Assembly: GCA_965222995.1 (NCBI GenBank)
Contig: OZ244977.1
Coordinates: forward strand, 384,152 to 448,151
DNA: 64,000 nt
Reading direction: 5' to 3'
DNA from: Bacteroidia bacterium
GTDB lineage: Bacteria > Bacteroidota > Bacteroidia > UBA8524
The notes beneath the pieces are model-generated. The model was not told the DNA's origin, made no database searches, and saw only the letters and a program-made list of their open reading frames with translations. How positions within the stretch are numbered: the first letter of the stretch is position 1; each line of letters begins with the position of its first letter. Below, in pieces: positions 1-8,629 of the stretch. The translations under genes and the position numbers were made by a program.

Positions 1-2
1 GG

Positions 3-1475
3 GCTAAAAAAGACCGACTTGAAAAAGAGCTAATGGGCTTTATTACAGGCAAGCAGGCAGCAGGTATAAGAAAGGATTTGATTTTTGTAAACGGTATGAT
101 TCGCTCGCTTGAAAACGATTCTATTGAAGAACAAAAGAAACTTTTGGGTGCTAATGTTACTACCACTACCACAGATAAAAATTCAGGTAAAGAAATAGAA
201 CAAGTTACAAACCCTGCTAATGGAACAATAACCTACTTTAAAGATAATACCCCTTGGTATGGTTACGATTGCGGCCCACAGGTATTCTTTTTAGAAACAA
301 AATCGGTGAAAACCACTTTTGAGCACAATAATAACGATGAGTCTAACAAAACGGTTGATAATAAAGTAGACAATAGTAAATTGCTGCAAGCCTTAAGAGC
401 AAAGAAAGACAGGCTTGAACGAGAGCTAACTGGTCTTGTTTCCTCAGGGCCAACCAAAGCAAAAAAACTAGACTTAATTTTTACTCAACGCCTAATTGAA
501 TCTATGGAGAACGATTCTATTAAAAAGGCTCAAGAGGTTAGCAACAGAAAGTCTACCACCACAACCACAGACAAAATTACTAATGATGAAATAAAAACTA
601 CCCTTGAACCCAATGGCGGTAAAAAAACCACTACAGGAGTGAAAGAAGAGGTTACTACCGATGGTGATAAAGTATTGAAAGTATACACTTATGATGGGCT
701 GAATAAAGTAGTTAATTCAGCATTTATATTTTCAGGAGGCGATACTGTGGGAGTAACTTATGATATGGGGAAAAGTTCTATTGTTATGCGTTCCAGCTCA
801 ATGGTAATGGACTACGGTCAAGCACAAATGGTATACGAGTACGATGCAGCCCCCAGTGTGGTTAGAAGTATTGTGCAAGAAGGTTCTGATAATGTTGGGG
901 TAGAGTATGATGCAGTGCACAGAGTGATGCGTGTAACACCAAACTCAAAATTTGTTGCTGATAGTTTAGAGGCTATGGGGCCTGCCATGGTAAACGGGCA
1001 AATGTTCATAAACGGGGCAACAGAAATTAATAATAACCTTGTAGTAAATGGTAATGTGAGCAAGTTCGGCGGAACATTTAGAATAGACCATCCACTTGAC
1101 CCTGAAAACAGGTACCTAACCCACTCATTTGTTGAGTCGCCTGATATGATGAATATTTATAACGGGAATGCTACAACCGACAAAGAAGGTAAGGCAACTA
1201 TAACAATGCCTACATATTTCCAAGCACTTAACATGGATTTTCGTTACCAGCTCACTTGTATTGGTCAGTTTGCACAAGCAATAGTGCTAAAAGAAATTGA
1301 GAACAATACATTTACTATACAAACGGATAAACCCAATGTAAAAGTAAGCTGGCAAGTAACAGGTGTGAGGCAAGATGACTGGGCTAATGATAATCGTGTG
1401 ATACCCGAACAACATAAAGAACCCTCAAAAAGAGGAAAAAGAATGTATACCCCTAAAAAACAACAAACACAATGA
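3..1475 (+). CDS. Large fibre/adhesin-like protein, 5'-truncated at the window edge; internal repeats and a conserved C-terminal FxIDHPLDP...HSFVESPDMMNIYNG domain
   Basis: The frame is open from base 3 (AKKDRLEKEL-MGF...), and this motif recurs at nt 399, so ATG33 is internal. The C-terminal domain is one I recognise at the end of long bacterial surface/fibre proteins. Confidence 0.7.
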   Translation, partial: AKKDRLEKELMGFITGKQAAGIRKDLIFVNGMIRSLENDSIEEQKKLLGANVTTTTTDKNSGKEIEQVTNPANGTITYFKDNTPWYGYDCGPQVFFLETKSVKTTFEHNNNDESNKTVDNKVDNSKLLQALRAKKDRLERELTGLVSSGPTKAKKLDLIFTQRLIESMENDSIKKAQEVSNRKSTTTTTDKITNDEIKTTLEPNGGKKTTTGVKEEVTTDGDKVLKVYTYDGLNKVVNSAFIFSGGDTVGVTYDMGKSSIVMRSSSMVMDYGQAQMVYEYDAAPSVVRSIVQEGSDNVGVEYDAVHRVMRVTPNSKFVADSLEAMGPAMVNGQMFINGATEINNNLVVNGNVSKFGGTFRIDHPLDPENRYLTHSFVESPDMMNIYNGNATTDKEGKATITMPTYFQALNMDFRYQLTCIGQFAQAIVLKEIENNTFTIQTDKPNVKVSWQVTGVRQDDWANDNRVIPEQHKEPSKRGKRMYTPKKQQTQ

Positions 1476-1990
1476 AAGTATTAATAAGTATTGTGCTCTT
1501 TTTTGTTGTTACAATAGCTATAGGGCAAACTAAAAGTACAAATTATCAATCCTACCAAAACGGACAGTTTTTGCATGGACAAATGGCTTCGGGCGCTAAT
1601 ACCAATAACTTAGCCATTAATACTTGGACGGATAGTATTAGGGTAAGTTCTGTCAATTACAGTAGCACGGGAACCCAAGGAGCAGGGCTGGGGTTTACAT
1701 TTAATCCACCACCACCACCCTTATCTTCACCTGTAATTTCTTCTATTGAGGGAATAAATATATATCCTAACCCTTTTTCAAATGAAATTAGGCTGGATTT
1801 TGAAGGTATAGATGCTGCTAATATTGAGGTAAACCTAGTAAATATGTTAGGTCAAACTGAAGAAGTTAACCAACAAACTTTTGTTGGAAATATTAGCCTA
1901 AATACCACACAATTAGGTATTGGTACTTATATGCTACAGGTTAAAACCAAAAAAGGTATAGCAGTTTATAAAGTAATTAAAGCCCAATAA
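1472..1990 (+). CDS. Small T9SS type A sorting domain protein
   Basis: Signal peptide, PPPPP linker, C-terminal IYPNP...G.Y.L...KVIK CTD motif. Overlaps the upstream stop (ATGA). Confidence 0.85.
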   Translation: MKVLISIVLFFVVTIAIGQTKSTNYQSYQNGQFLHGQMASGANTNNLAINTWTDSIRVSSVNYSSTGTQGAGLGFTFNPPPPPLSSPVISSIEGINIYPNPFSNEIRLDFEGIDAANIEVNLVNMLGQTEEVNQQTFVGNISLNTTQLGIGTYMLQVKTKKGIAVYKVIKAQ

Positions 1991-1998
1991 GTTTCTGC

Positions 1999-2006
1999 TA
2001 TTTTTG
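1999..2006 (+). promoter_or_regulatory. Bacteroidota sigma-A -7 element TATTTTTG
   Basis: Matches TAnnTTTG, 10 nt before ATG2017. Confidence 0.6.
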
Positions 2007-2016
2007 CATCCGCTAT

Positions 2017-2520
2017 ATGATAGAACTGGATGTGAAAATAGATGGGGTAGAGTATATAAAGCTTAATTACAGGTTAGTATATAGTAACCCAGCCCTACTT
2101 ATAATTTTTTCAGGAGTAGTAGCAATAGTATTAGGTTCAATATTTACAGGTCGCCTTGATTTTACTAACCTTTTAACTTCTCCTATCCCTTCGTTGGGCT
2201 TGTTGGTTATTTTTTATTTGGTATTGATTTTACCTGTATCCTTGTTTTACCGAGCGAGATATTTTTATAATAACCATGCAGCATTACACGAACGCGTGCA
2301 GTATTCCATTAACGAAAAAGGACTTACCCAAAAAGGGGAAACCTTTACTGAAAAATTTGTGTGGAAAGACTTTTTAGTTGTTCGTCAAACTGACAAATGG
2401 TTACTGCTGCTAAAAGGGAGAAGTGCAGGTGTTTTTATTCCAAAATCAGCATTTAAAAAAGAAGAAGATTTAGACTTTTTGCTCCAAATGGCTAAGGAAA
2501 ATAAGTTAATTAGAAATTGA
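2017..2520 (+). CDS. YcxB-like membrane protein
   Basis: Two TM helices followed by a W..F..V.....LLL......FIPK.AF C-terminal domain. Confidence 0.75.
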   Translation: MIELDVKIDGVEYIKLNYRLVYSNPALLIIFSGVVAIVLGSIFTGRLDFTNLLTSPIPSLGLLVIFYLVLILPVSLFYRARYFYNNHAALHERVQYSINEKGLTQKGETFTEKFVWKDFLVVRQTDKWLLLLKGRSAGVFIPKSAFKKEEDLDFLLQMAKENKLIRN

Positions 2521-2586
2521 GGTTAAAAAGATTTAAACCCTTTAAAACAAAAAATGTCTAAAACATAGCAACTACCAAATTTTTGG

Positions 2587-2594
2587 TAACTTTG
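2587..2594 (+). promoter_or_regulatory. -7 element TAACTTTG upstream of tatA-gatA
   Basis: Exact TAnnTTTG match, 15 nt before ATG2610. Confidence 0.65.
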
Positions 2595-2609
2595 CACACT
2601 ATTTAAAAT

Positions 2610-2843
2610 ATGACTTTTAATATTCTTCTTATGGGTATGCCGGGTTTGCCCGAATGGATTATCATTATAGTGGTAGTTCTTTTATTGTTTGGCGGCAAAA
2701 AAATTCCTGAATTGATGCGAGGTCTAGGTTCAGGTATTCGTGAGTTTAACGACGCCAAAAACAAAGTAAAAGACGAGATACAGGAAGGAATGAAAAATTC
2801 TCCTAAAGGCGAAAAAGAGAAAGAAACTAAAGAGAACAAATAG
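2610..2843 (+). CDS. tatA: Twin-arginine translocase TatA/TatE
   Basis: [32 protein letters not shown] signature. Confidence 0.95.
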   Translation: MTFNILLMGMPGLPEWIIIIVVVLLLFGGKKIPELMRGLGSGIREFNDAKNKVKDEIQEGMKNSPKGEKEKETKENK

Positions 2844-2854
2844 GCGAAACTTTA

Positions 2855-4270
2855 GTGGCTTCTAAAAAATTTCAATCTTTAGAGCAAGTACAGGCAGAAA
2901 TTTCAGCAGGTAAAACTACTTGCGTGGAAGTGGTACGTTATTATCTAAACCGTACCGAGGAAAAAAAACATCTTAATGCTTTTTTAGAAGTTTGGGGGAA
3001 TGAAGCTATTGAGCGCGCCCAAATTATTGATGAGAAACTTAAAAATAGTACTGCTGGTAAATTAGCCGGGATGGTAATTGCCATTAAAGACAATATTTGC
3101 TACAAAAACCATAAAGTTAGTGCTTCATCAAAAATACTTGAAGGTTTTGTATCTCCCTATTCATCAACAGTTGTTGAACGTTTACTAGCTGAAGATGCTA
3201 TAATTATTGGTCGCACCAATTGTGATGAGTTTGCAATGGGGGCAAGCAATGAAAACAGTGCTTACGGTAATGTATTAAACGATGTAGATAATACCAGAGT
3301 AGCCGGAGGTTCATCAGGGGGTGGTGCTGTGGCTGTGCAAGCCGATATGTGCTTGGCTGCTTTTGGTAGCGATACAGGTGGTTCAGTTCGTCAACCTGCT
3401 GCATTTACAGGGAGCTATGGATATAAACCTTCTTACGGAATGGTATCGCGCTGGGGTTTGTTGGCTTATGCTTCATCGTTTGACCAAATAAGCCCGATAA
3501 CAAACAATATTGCAGATATGCAATTGTTGATGAGTGTTATTGCCGGCAAAGATGAGTACGATGCTACACTTACCCAACAAGAAGCACCTATTTTTAATAT
3601 CCCAACTGATACAAATAAAAAGCGAATAGCTTATATAAACGAAACACTATATTCTGACGGAGTAAGTAAAGAAGTACAAGAAGGTACTTTGGCTGTAATA
3701 AACAAGTTAAAAAGTGAAGGGCATACTGTTGAAGCTATTGACTTCCCTTTAATTAATTATTTGGTGCCTTGCTATTATGTACTTACCACTGCCGAAGCAT
3801 CAAGCAATCTATCGCGTTACCAAGGCTTACAGTATGGATATCGCAGCCCAAATGCTACTGATTTAGAGAGTACTTTTAAAAAATCAAGAAGCGAAGGTTT
3901 TGGCGAAGAAGTGAAACGCCGTATAATGTTGGGTACCTTTGTATTGTCATCAGGGTACTATGATGCATATTATACCAAAGCACAAAAAGTGCGAAAAGTA
4001 GTGCAGCAAAAAACAGAAGAGATTTTTAATGACTACGATTTTATACTTTCTCCTACCACACCTACTCCTGCTTTTAAAATAGGTGAGAAAGCTGCCGACC
4101 CTGTGTCTATGTATTTAGCCGATATTTTCACTGTTCAGGCTCCAATAGCAGGAATACCTGCCATTACTATCCCTGCCGGAACTAGTAGCGAAAACTTACC
4201 GTGGGGGGTACAGCTAATGTCTCCTAAAAATACTGATGCTCAGTTGCTGGCTTTCGCAGCTACTTTATAA
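2855..4270 (+). CDS. gatA: Asp/Glu-tRNA amidotransferase subunit A
   Basis: Amidase signature (IKDNI, GGSSGG, GSDTGGSVRQPA) and EVKRRIMLGTFVLSSGYYDAYY. Confidence 0.97.
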   Translation: MASKKFQSLEQVQAEISAGKTTCVEVVRYYLNRTEEKKHLNAFLEVWGNEAIERAQIIDEKLKNSTAGKLAGMVIAIKDNICYKNHKVSASSKILEGFVSPYSSTVVERLLAEDAIIIGRTNCDEFAMGASNENSAYGNVLNDVDNTRVAGGSSGGGAVAVQADMCLAAFGSDTGGSVRQPAAFTGSYGYKPSYGMVSRWGLLAYASSFDQISPITNNIADMQLLMSVIAGKDEYDATLTQQEAPIFNIPTDTNKKRIAYINETLYSDGVSKEVQEGTLAVINKLKSEGHTVEAIDFPLINYLVPCYYVLTTAEASSNLSRYQGLQYGYRSPNATDLESTFKKSRSEGFGEEVKRRIMLGTFVLSSGYYDAYYTKAQKVRKVVQQKTEEIFNDYDFILSPTTPTPAFKIGEKAADPVSMYLADIFTVQAPIAGIPAITIPAGTSSENLPWGVQLMSPKNTDAQLLAFAATL

Positions 4271-4332
4271 ATGTGGGCAAGTATTTTACCTTATTTAACG
4301 TTTAGGTATTAATTCTGTAAGTAATTATACCC

Positions 4333-5454
4333 ATGAGGCAGATGTATAAAATTTTCAGTGTCGGTTTTCTTGTAGTATTTTGTATTAGTAGTAACGCTCA
4401 AACAGGTTCTCGCTATGCCGGTAAATTTAAACAGGCAGATACTTTGGGAATAACGTATGGCGGTAATGCTGATGAATTAATTGATGATTTTATCAGTGAT
4501 GGAGGAGCAACAGCACAAGCCATTAGCAGGTATAACCACTACAAACCTATGGTAGATTCTGTATGTACAACCTATAAGATACCTAAACAAGTAGGGTTAT
4601 TGATACTTGCAGCTTCAAATGCCGACCCTTTTTACAGCGACAAAAACGGAAATTCAGGGCCATGGGCTATGCAATATAAGGTAGCCAGAATGTATGGCTT
4701 GAAGATGAATACCTATGTTGATGAGCGTAGGGATATTAGAAAAACAACGGATATTTCAGCCAAGTTCTTGAAGGAACTTTTTCTAATCTACAACAGTTGG
4801 TCTATGGCTTTTGCGGCATATTCCACATCTACATTAACTGTAAACAAGTACATCCGTTTAGCAGGAAATAAGTTTAACTATTGGGAAATGTACGACAGCT
4901 TGCCACAAGCTGCAAAGGATGTTGTTCCTGCCTATATAGCTGCCACTTATATTTATAATTATTATAATGAGCATGATATTACTCCAAAACCATATAAGCC
5001 TATACCATACGATACTTTAACTTTAAATAAGTGGATGTCTTTTGAGATAATGGCACCAACACTCAGAACAACCATACCTGTATTACAAATTCTTAACCCG
5101 ATTTTTAAGAAAGGTGTTGTCCCACTTTCTGCTAAACGCTATGTACTTAAGCTACCACTAATTAGCAAACCTTGGTTTAAAGATGTGGATACGCTTGAGT
5201 ACAAACCCTATAATACCAACCCTTACGTAGAAGAGGATAAAATAACCGAAAAAAATCTTAATACTCCCAAACAGGTTAATAAAGTATATACGGGTGGCGA
5301 CACACTTTACCATACTGTGAAAAGAGGGCAGGGGCTAGGCATTATAGCCCAGAAGTATGGAGTTTCGGTAGATAATATTAGAAAATGGAATAGAATAAGA
5401 GGGTATATGATACACCCTAACCAAAAGCTACTTATTATAAGAAAAGAAGAATAA
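4333..5454 (+). CDS. MltD-like lytic transglycosylase (SLT + LysM), probably catalytically degenerate
   Basis: YGL...VDERRD, AAY, YVP-like and LNP motifs, plus a C-terminal LysM. The ES motif reads AS. Confidence 0.8.
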   Translation: MRQMYKIFSVGFLVVFCISSNAQTGSRYAGKFKQADTLGITYGGNADELIDDFISDGGATAQAISRYNHYKPMVDSVCTTYKIPKQVGLLILAASNADPFYSDKNGNSGPWAMQYKVARMYGLKMNTYVDERRDIRKTTDISAKFLKELFLIYNSWSMAFAAYSTSTLTVNKYIRLAGNKFNYWEMYDSLPQAAKDVVPAYIAATYIYNYYNEHDITPKPYKPIPYDTLTLNKWMSFEIMAPTLRTTIPVLQILNPIFKKGVVPLSAKRYVLKLPLISKPWFKDVDTLEYKPYNTNPYVEEDKITEKNLNTPKQVNKVYTGGDTLYHTVKRGQGLGIIAQKYGVSVDNIRKWNRIRGYMIHPNQKLLIIRKEE

Positions 5455-5456
5455 TT

Positions 5457-6593
5457 TTAAGGATAAGCTACGGCTATAGTTCCGTTGGTTATTTCAATAT
5501 CCTTAAAATTACCATTAGTATTAAATACTCTGCACTTAAAACTTAAATTAACCTGCTGGGTTTTTTCTCCCCTTTCATTAGGCTGATAATTATTGTGTGA
5601 AAGTATGTTAAAGAATGAACCTACAGGCTGCTCAGCTAAATTACTTTCATAAACATCTCCATTGTCAGCAGTATAGCGTATTATGGTTTTTGAAATAAAA
5701 GCAGGAGGAATAATGGTAACCTGTGGGTTTTTATATTCCATATTAGCTAAACAGTTAAAAAACGGGTCGTTAATATTTATCAACTTGCAGTATTTATGCG
5801 TATTGGCTACTGTATTAACAGTAAGGCATACCGTGTATAAACCGGGTAAAGCATATAAATGTTCTGGGTTGTATGCTGTAGACGTGTTTCCATCGCCAAA
5901 CTCCCATAAATAGGATAAACCGAATGATGTATTTTTAAACTGAACGGTTCTATCTATAATAAAATCAAACCCTGGAGGAACACTATCTCCCTCATCCACT
6001 TTAAAAGGGTTAAACTCATTACAAACAGTGCGTGAACAATTGCCATCGCTCACAATTAAGCATACATTTTTAGGCGAAGCATTATCAAAGGTATATGTGG
6101 GGTTGCGAAGTGTTGAAGAATCACCATTTAGTGCACCAAACCTCCACAAGTATTTAGGGTTTGTGAAGCCACTATCCTGAGCTACAAAATTTACAATATA
6201 TTTTTTATCTACGCCGCGTACAGGGTCATCAAAAGTAATAGTACTGCTTAAAGCTTTATCAATATCAGTTGGAGTTGCTCCTGTTGGTCTGCCAACATCA
6301 CTAATAATAACTTCAATAGCTTCACAGTTACCACAATTTACTTTTTCCAGTTTTCCCGAGAATCGAAAAATCGAATCAATAAAAGGTATCTCATAACTGG
6401 TAAACATATAATAATCGTTAACACCAGCCAATAACTGTAAAGGTTTTCCATCTACAGTACCTGTTAAAGAAAAAACAGGGTCTCCCACATTATCAAACGG
6501 CTCCTCGGGAGGCTTACAATTACTAAGCCCTAACAAACCGATTGTGGCTACTACTGCAAAACCTTTATATATTTTAAAACCTGATGAAATCAT
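5457..6593 (-). CDS. PKD-domain lipoprotein
   Basis: Lipobox-like LGLSN-C, and two PKD motifs (YLWRFG/YLWEFGDG...NP.H.Y...G.YTVCL). Confidence 0.8.
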   Translation of the reverse strand: MISSGFKIYKGFAVVATIGLLGLSNCKPPEEPFDNVGDPVFSLTGTVDGKPLQLLAGVNDYYMFTSYEIPFIDSIFRFSGKLEKVNCGNCEAIEVIISDVGRPTGATPTDIDKALSSTITFDDPVRGVDKKYIVNFVAQDSGFTNPKYLWRFGALNGDSSTLRNPTYTFDNASPKNVCLIVSDGNCSRTVCNEFNPFKVDEGDSVPPGFDFIIDRTVQFKNTSFGLSYLWEFGDGNTSTAYNPEHLYALPGLYTVCLTVNTVANTHKYCKLININDPFFNCLANMEYKNPQVTIIPPAFISKTIIRYTADNGDVYESNLAEQPVGSFFNILSHNNYQPNERGEKTQQVNLSFKCRVFNTNGNFKDIEITNGTIAVAYP

Positions 6594-7968
6594 ATTTAAT
6601 ATATAATTGTAAACGGCTGTTTCTATTAAAGACAGTGGTATTGTAATAATTGTTTCTACTCACATCAAGTAAACCTGAGTTTGCCAGTAAACCTATGTGC
6701 AAATTATTGTTTATTTTATATTCAACACCTAGTTGCAGTTGCACATCAAAAGGGGAGATGCCTTTTTTATACTGACTTTCTTTGGTTTGGGTGGGTACTT
6801 GCTTTCCGCCTAATGTAGTAAATCTTGTTCTATCTATCGTACTGTTGGTGTTTAACAAATAAGAAATATTAGCACCACCAACTACGCTTAAATTATTAAA
6901 TGCTTTATACCGAGCCAGTACGGGTAATTCAATATAATGGAGTCTGCTGGTATTTATTGTTGTTGTTTCGGTAGTTAACCCAAACGAGTATTGCTCTTTT
7001 TCATATTGTTTTTCCAGCCCGTTAGCACTTACATAGCTGTATCCCAATCCTGTATTAAACTGCCATTTTTGATTAAGCTGATACTGGTATTGCAGACCAA
7101 AATACGGAGTGTTAATGTAATTGTTGCCACCGGCTTCAATCAGTTTACTGTAGTTTGTTCCTGCTAATACGGAGAAACTGTTTTTAACTAAAATTTGCTT
7201 TGGCGGTTTGGTATTGTTCTGCTCTTCTTCTTTTTTATTTTCGTCAGTTGTGTTATTACTATTACTCACAATTTCTTTAGATGGGGTTTCAGGTTTATCT
7301 ACTGAAATAACTGTTTCGCCCACAACCGTATTCTTAAGTATTGGTTTTGTTTTAGCAACAGGAACATCTTCCTTTTTATCATTATCTGTATAGTTCTTAT
7401 CAAGTTCAATAATTATATCTTCTTTTGAAGAAGAGTTTTTAGCTAGAGGAGGCACATTACCTATATCAGCTTGATGACTTTCTTTTACCTGATGTTTGTT
7501 ATTCTCTTTACGAGTCTCAGAGTTCTTAGTATTTACTGTACCTGTTTTTAATTTAGTTTCAGGTACATTTTGATAGTTGATACCCGCATTTGCATTCTTA
7601 TTATCCAATATATTCCCTTCTGCTTCGTTATGGGTTTGTGGCTCAACCTTACTAACTGAAGTTTTTGGTTCTACAGTTTCATTAATATTATTTGAAGCCG
7701 TATTCTCTTCAGCAGACTTTGATATATTTATACTTGCTCCGCTTTTATGAAGAGCAGTAGTAGTTTCAGGGGTAGCCCACCGTATAATACCCGCAGTTAT
7801 TATCAAAACAGGAAGAGTTAGCCATATAGTTTTAAACTTGTAGGCATCACCTGCTTGTTTTGCATCAAGCATTGCTTCTGCTGCAGCCCAATGGTCAGGG
7901 TTATACTCAAACTCTTTGTTGTTGAGTTGCTGACGCAGTTTTTCTTCGTTTTTACTTAACCTATTCAT
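6574..7968 (-). CDS. Putative anti-sigma factor with N-terminal ASD, TM helix, long disordered linker and C-terminal outer-membrane beta-barrel
   Basis: EEKLRQQL...P..W N-terminus, hydrophobic WLTLPVLIITAGII, low-complexity K/E/N/T linker, PorT-like strands (YIELPV..RY) and a terminal Phe. Overlaps the sigma gene. Confidence 0.75.
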   Translation of the reverse strand: MNRLSKNEEKLRQQLNNKEFEYNPDHWAAAEAMLDAKQAGDAYKFKTIWLTLPVLIITAGIIRWATPETTTALHKSGASINISKSAEENTASNNINETVEPKTSVSKVEPQTHNEAEGNILDNKNANAGINYQNVPETKLKTGTVNTKNSETRKENNKHQVKESHQADIGNVPPLAKNSSSKEDIIIELDKNYTDNDKKEDVPVAKTKPILKNTVVGETVISVDKPETPSKEIVSNSNNTTDENKKEEEQNNTKPPKQILVKNSFSVLAGTNYSKLIEAGGNNYINTPYFGLQYQYQLNQKWQFNTGLGYSYVSANGLEKQYEKEQYSFGLTTETTTINTSRLHYIELPVLARYKAFNNLSVVGGANISYLLNTNSTIDRTRFTTLGGKQVPTQTKESQYKKGISPFDVQLQLGVEYKINNNLHIGLLANSGLLDVSRNNYYNTTVFNRNSRLQLYIKYDFIRF

Positions 7969-8530
7969 TTTTTGCCACTTTAGGTGTATGGTAATGTTTA
8001 ATCATATGCTGTAATTTTTTTCTTGCATCAAACAGTTGAGATTTTGATGTCCCCTCAGAAATGCCCAGCATTTCAGCAATTTCTTTATGGGGGTAACCGT
8101 CTACCACATATAAATTGAATACACGTTTACACATAGGGGGTAATAAATGTATCAGTTTATAAATATCCTCTGCTTCAAGCATCCACTCAGCTTCATTTCC
8201 GTTTTGAGGACGCTCTATAAAATCGGGCGAAGCCATATCTGTATATTGTATAGTCTCACGCAGTTTTTTGGTTTTTCTAAAACTATCAATAACCGTGTTA
8301 ATGGTTATTCTTCTCACCCACACTTCAAAAGGAGCTTCTCCTTTATAGCTTTTTAAATTCATTATTATTTTCAAAAAGCTTTCGTTATGTGCTATCAGCA
8401 CATCATCTTTAGACTTATAATAACGGTAACATATACCCATAATAAAGGAATAGCAAGCCTTATAAAGCTCTTGCTGAGCCTTTCTGTCATTGCTTATGCA
8501 CCTTTTAAGTAAGTCTTCCTCTATACGCAT
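7961..8530 (-). CDS. ECF RNA polymerase sigma factor
   Basis: Sigma-2 region (F..W.RRI.IN..ID..RK) and sigma-4 region (LP...VFNLY..DGY.HKEIAEMLGISEGTSKSQL). Confidence 0.95.
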   Translation of the reverse strand: MRIEEDLLKRCISNDRKAQQELYKACYSFIMGICYRYYKSKDDVLIAHNESFLKIIMNLKSYKGEAPFEVWVRRITINTVIDSFRKTKKLRETIQYTDMASPDFIERPQNGNEAEWMLEAEDIYKLIHLLPPMCKRVFNLYVVDGYPHKEIAEMLGISEGTSKSQLFDARKKLQHMIKHYHTPKVAKNE

Positions 8531-8561
8531 TAATGGCCTCGTATACGCCTAAGTTTATTTT

Positions 8562-8596
8562 AAAAAGCGAGGCTTTTTTTAATTATAGCCCCGCTT
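8562..8596 (-). terminator. Probable intrinsic terminator after the PKD/T9SS gene
   Basis: AAGCGAGGCT...AGCCCCGCTT stem followed by a U-run on the minus strand. Confidence 0.55.
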
Positions 8597-8629
8597 AAGA
8601 AACCTATACCTGTTATATTTATTTTAAGT

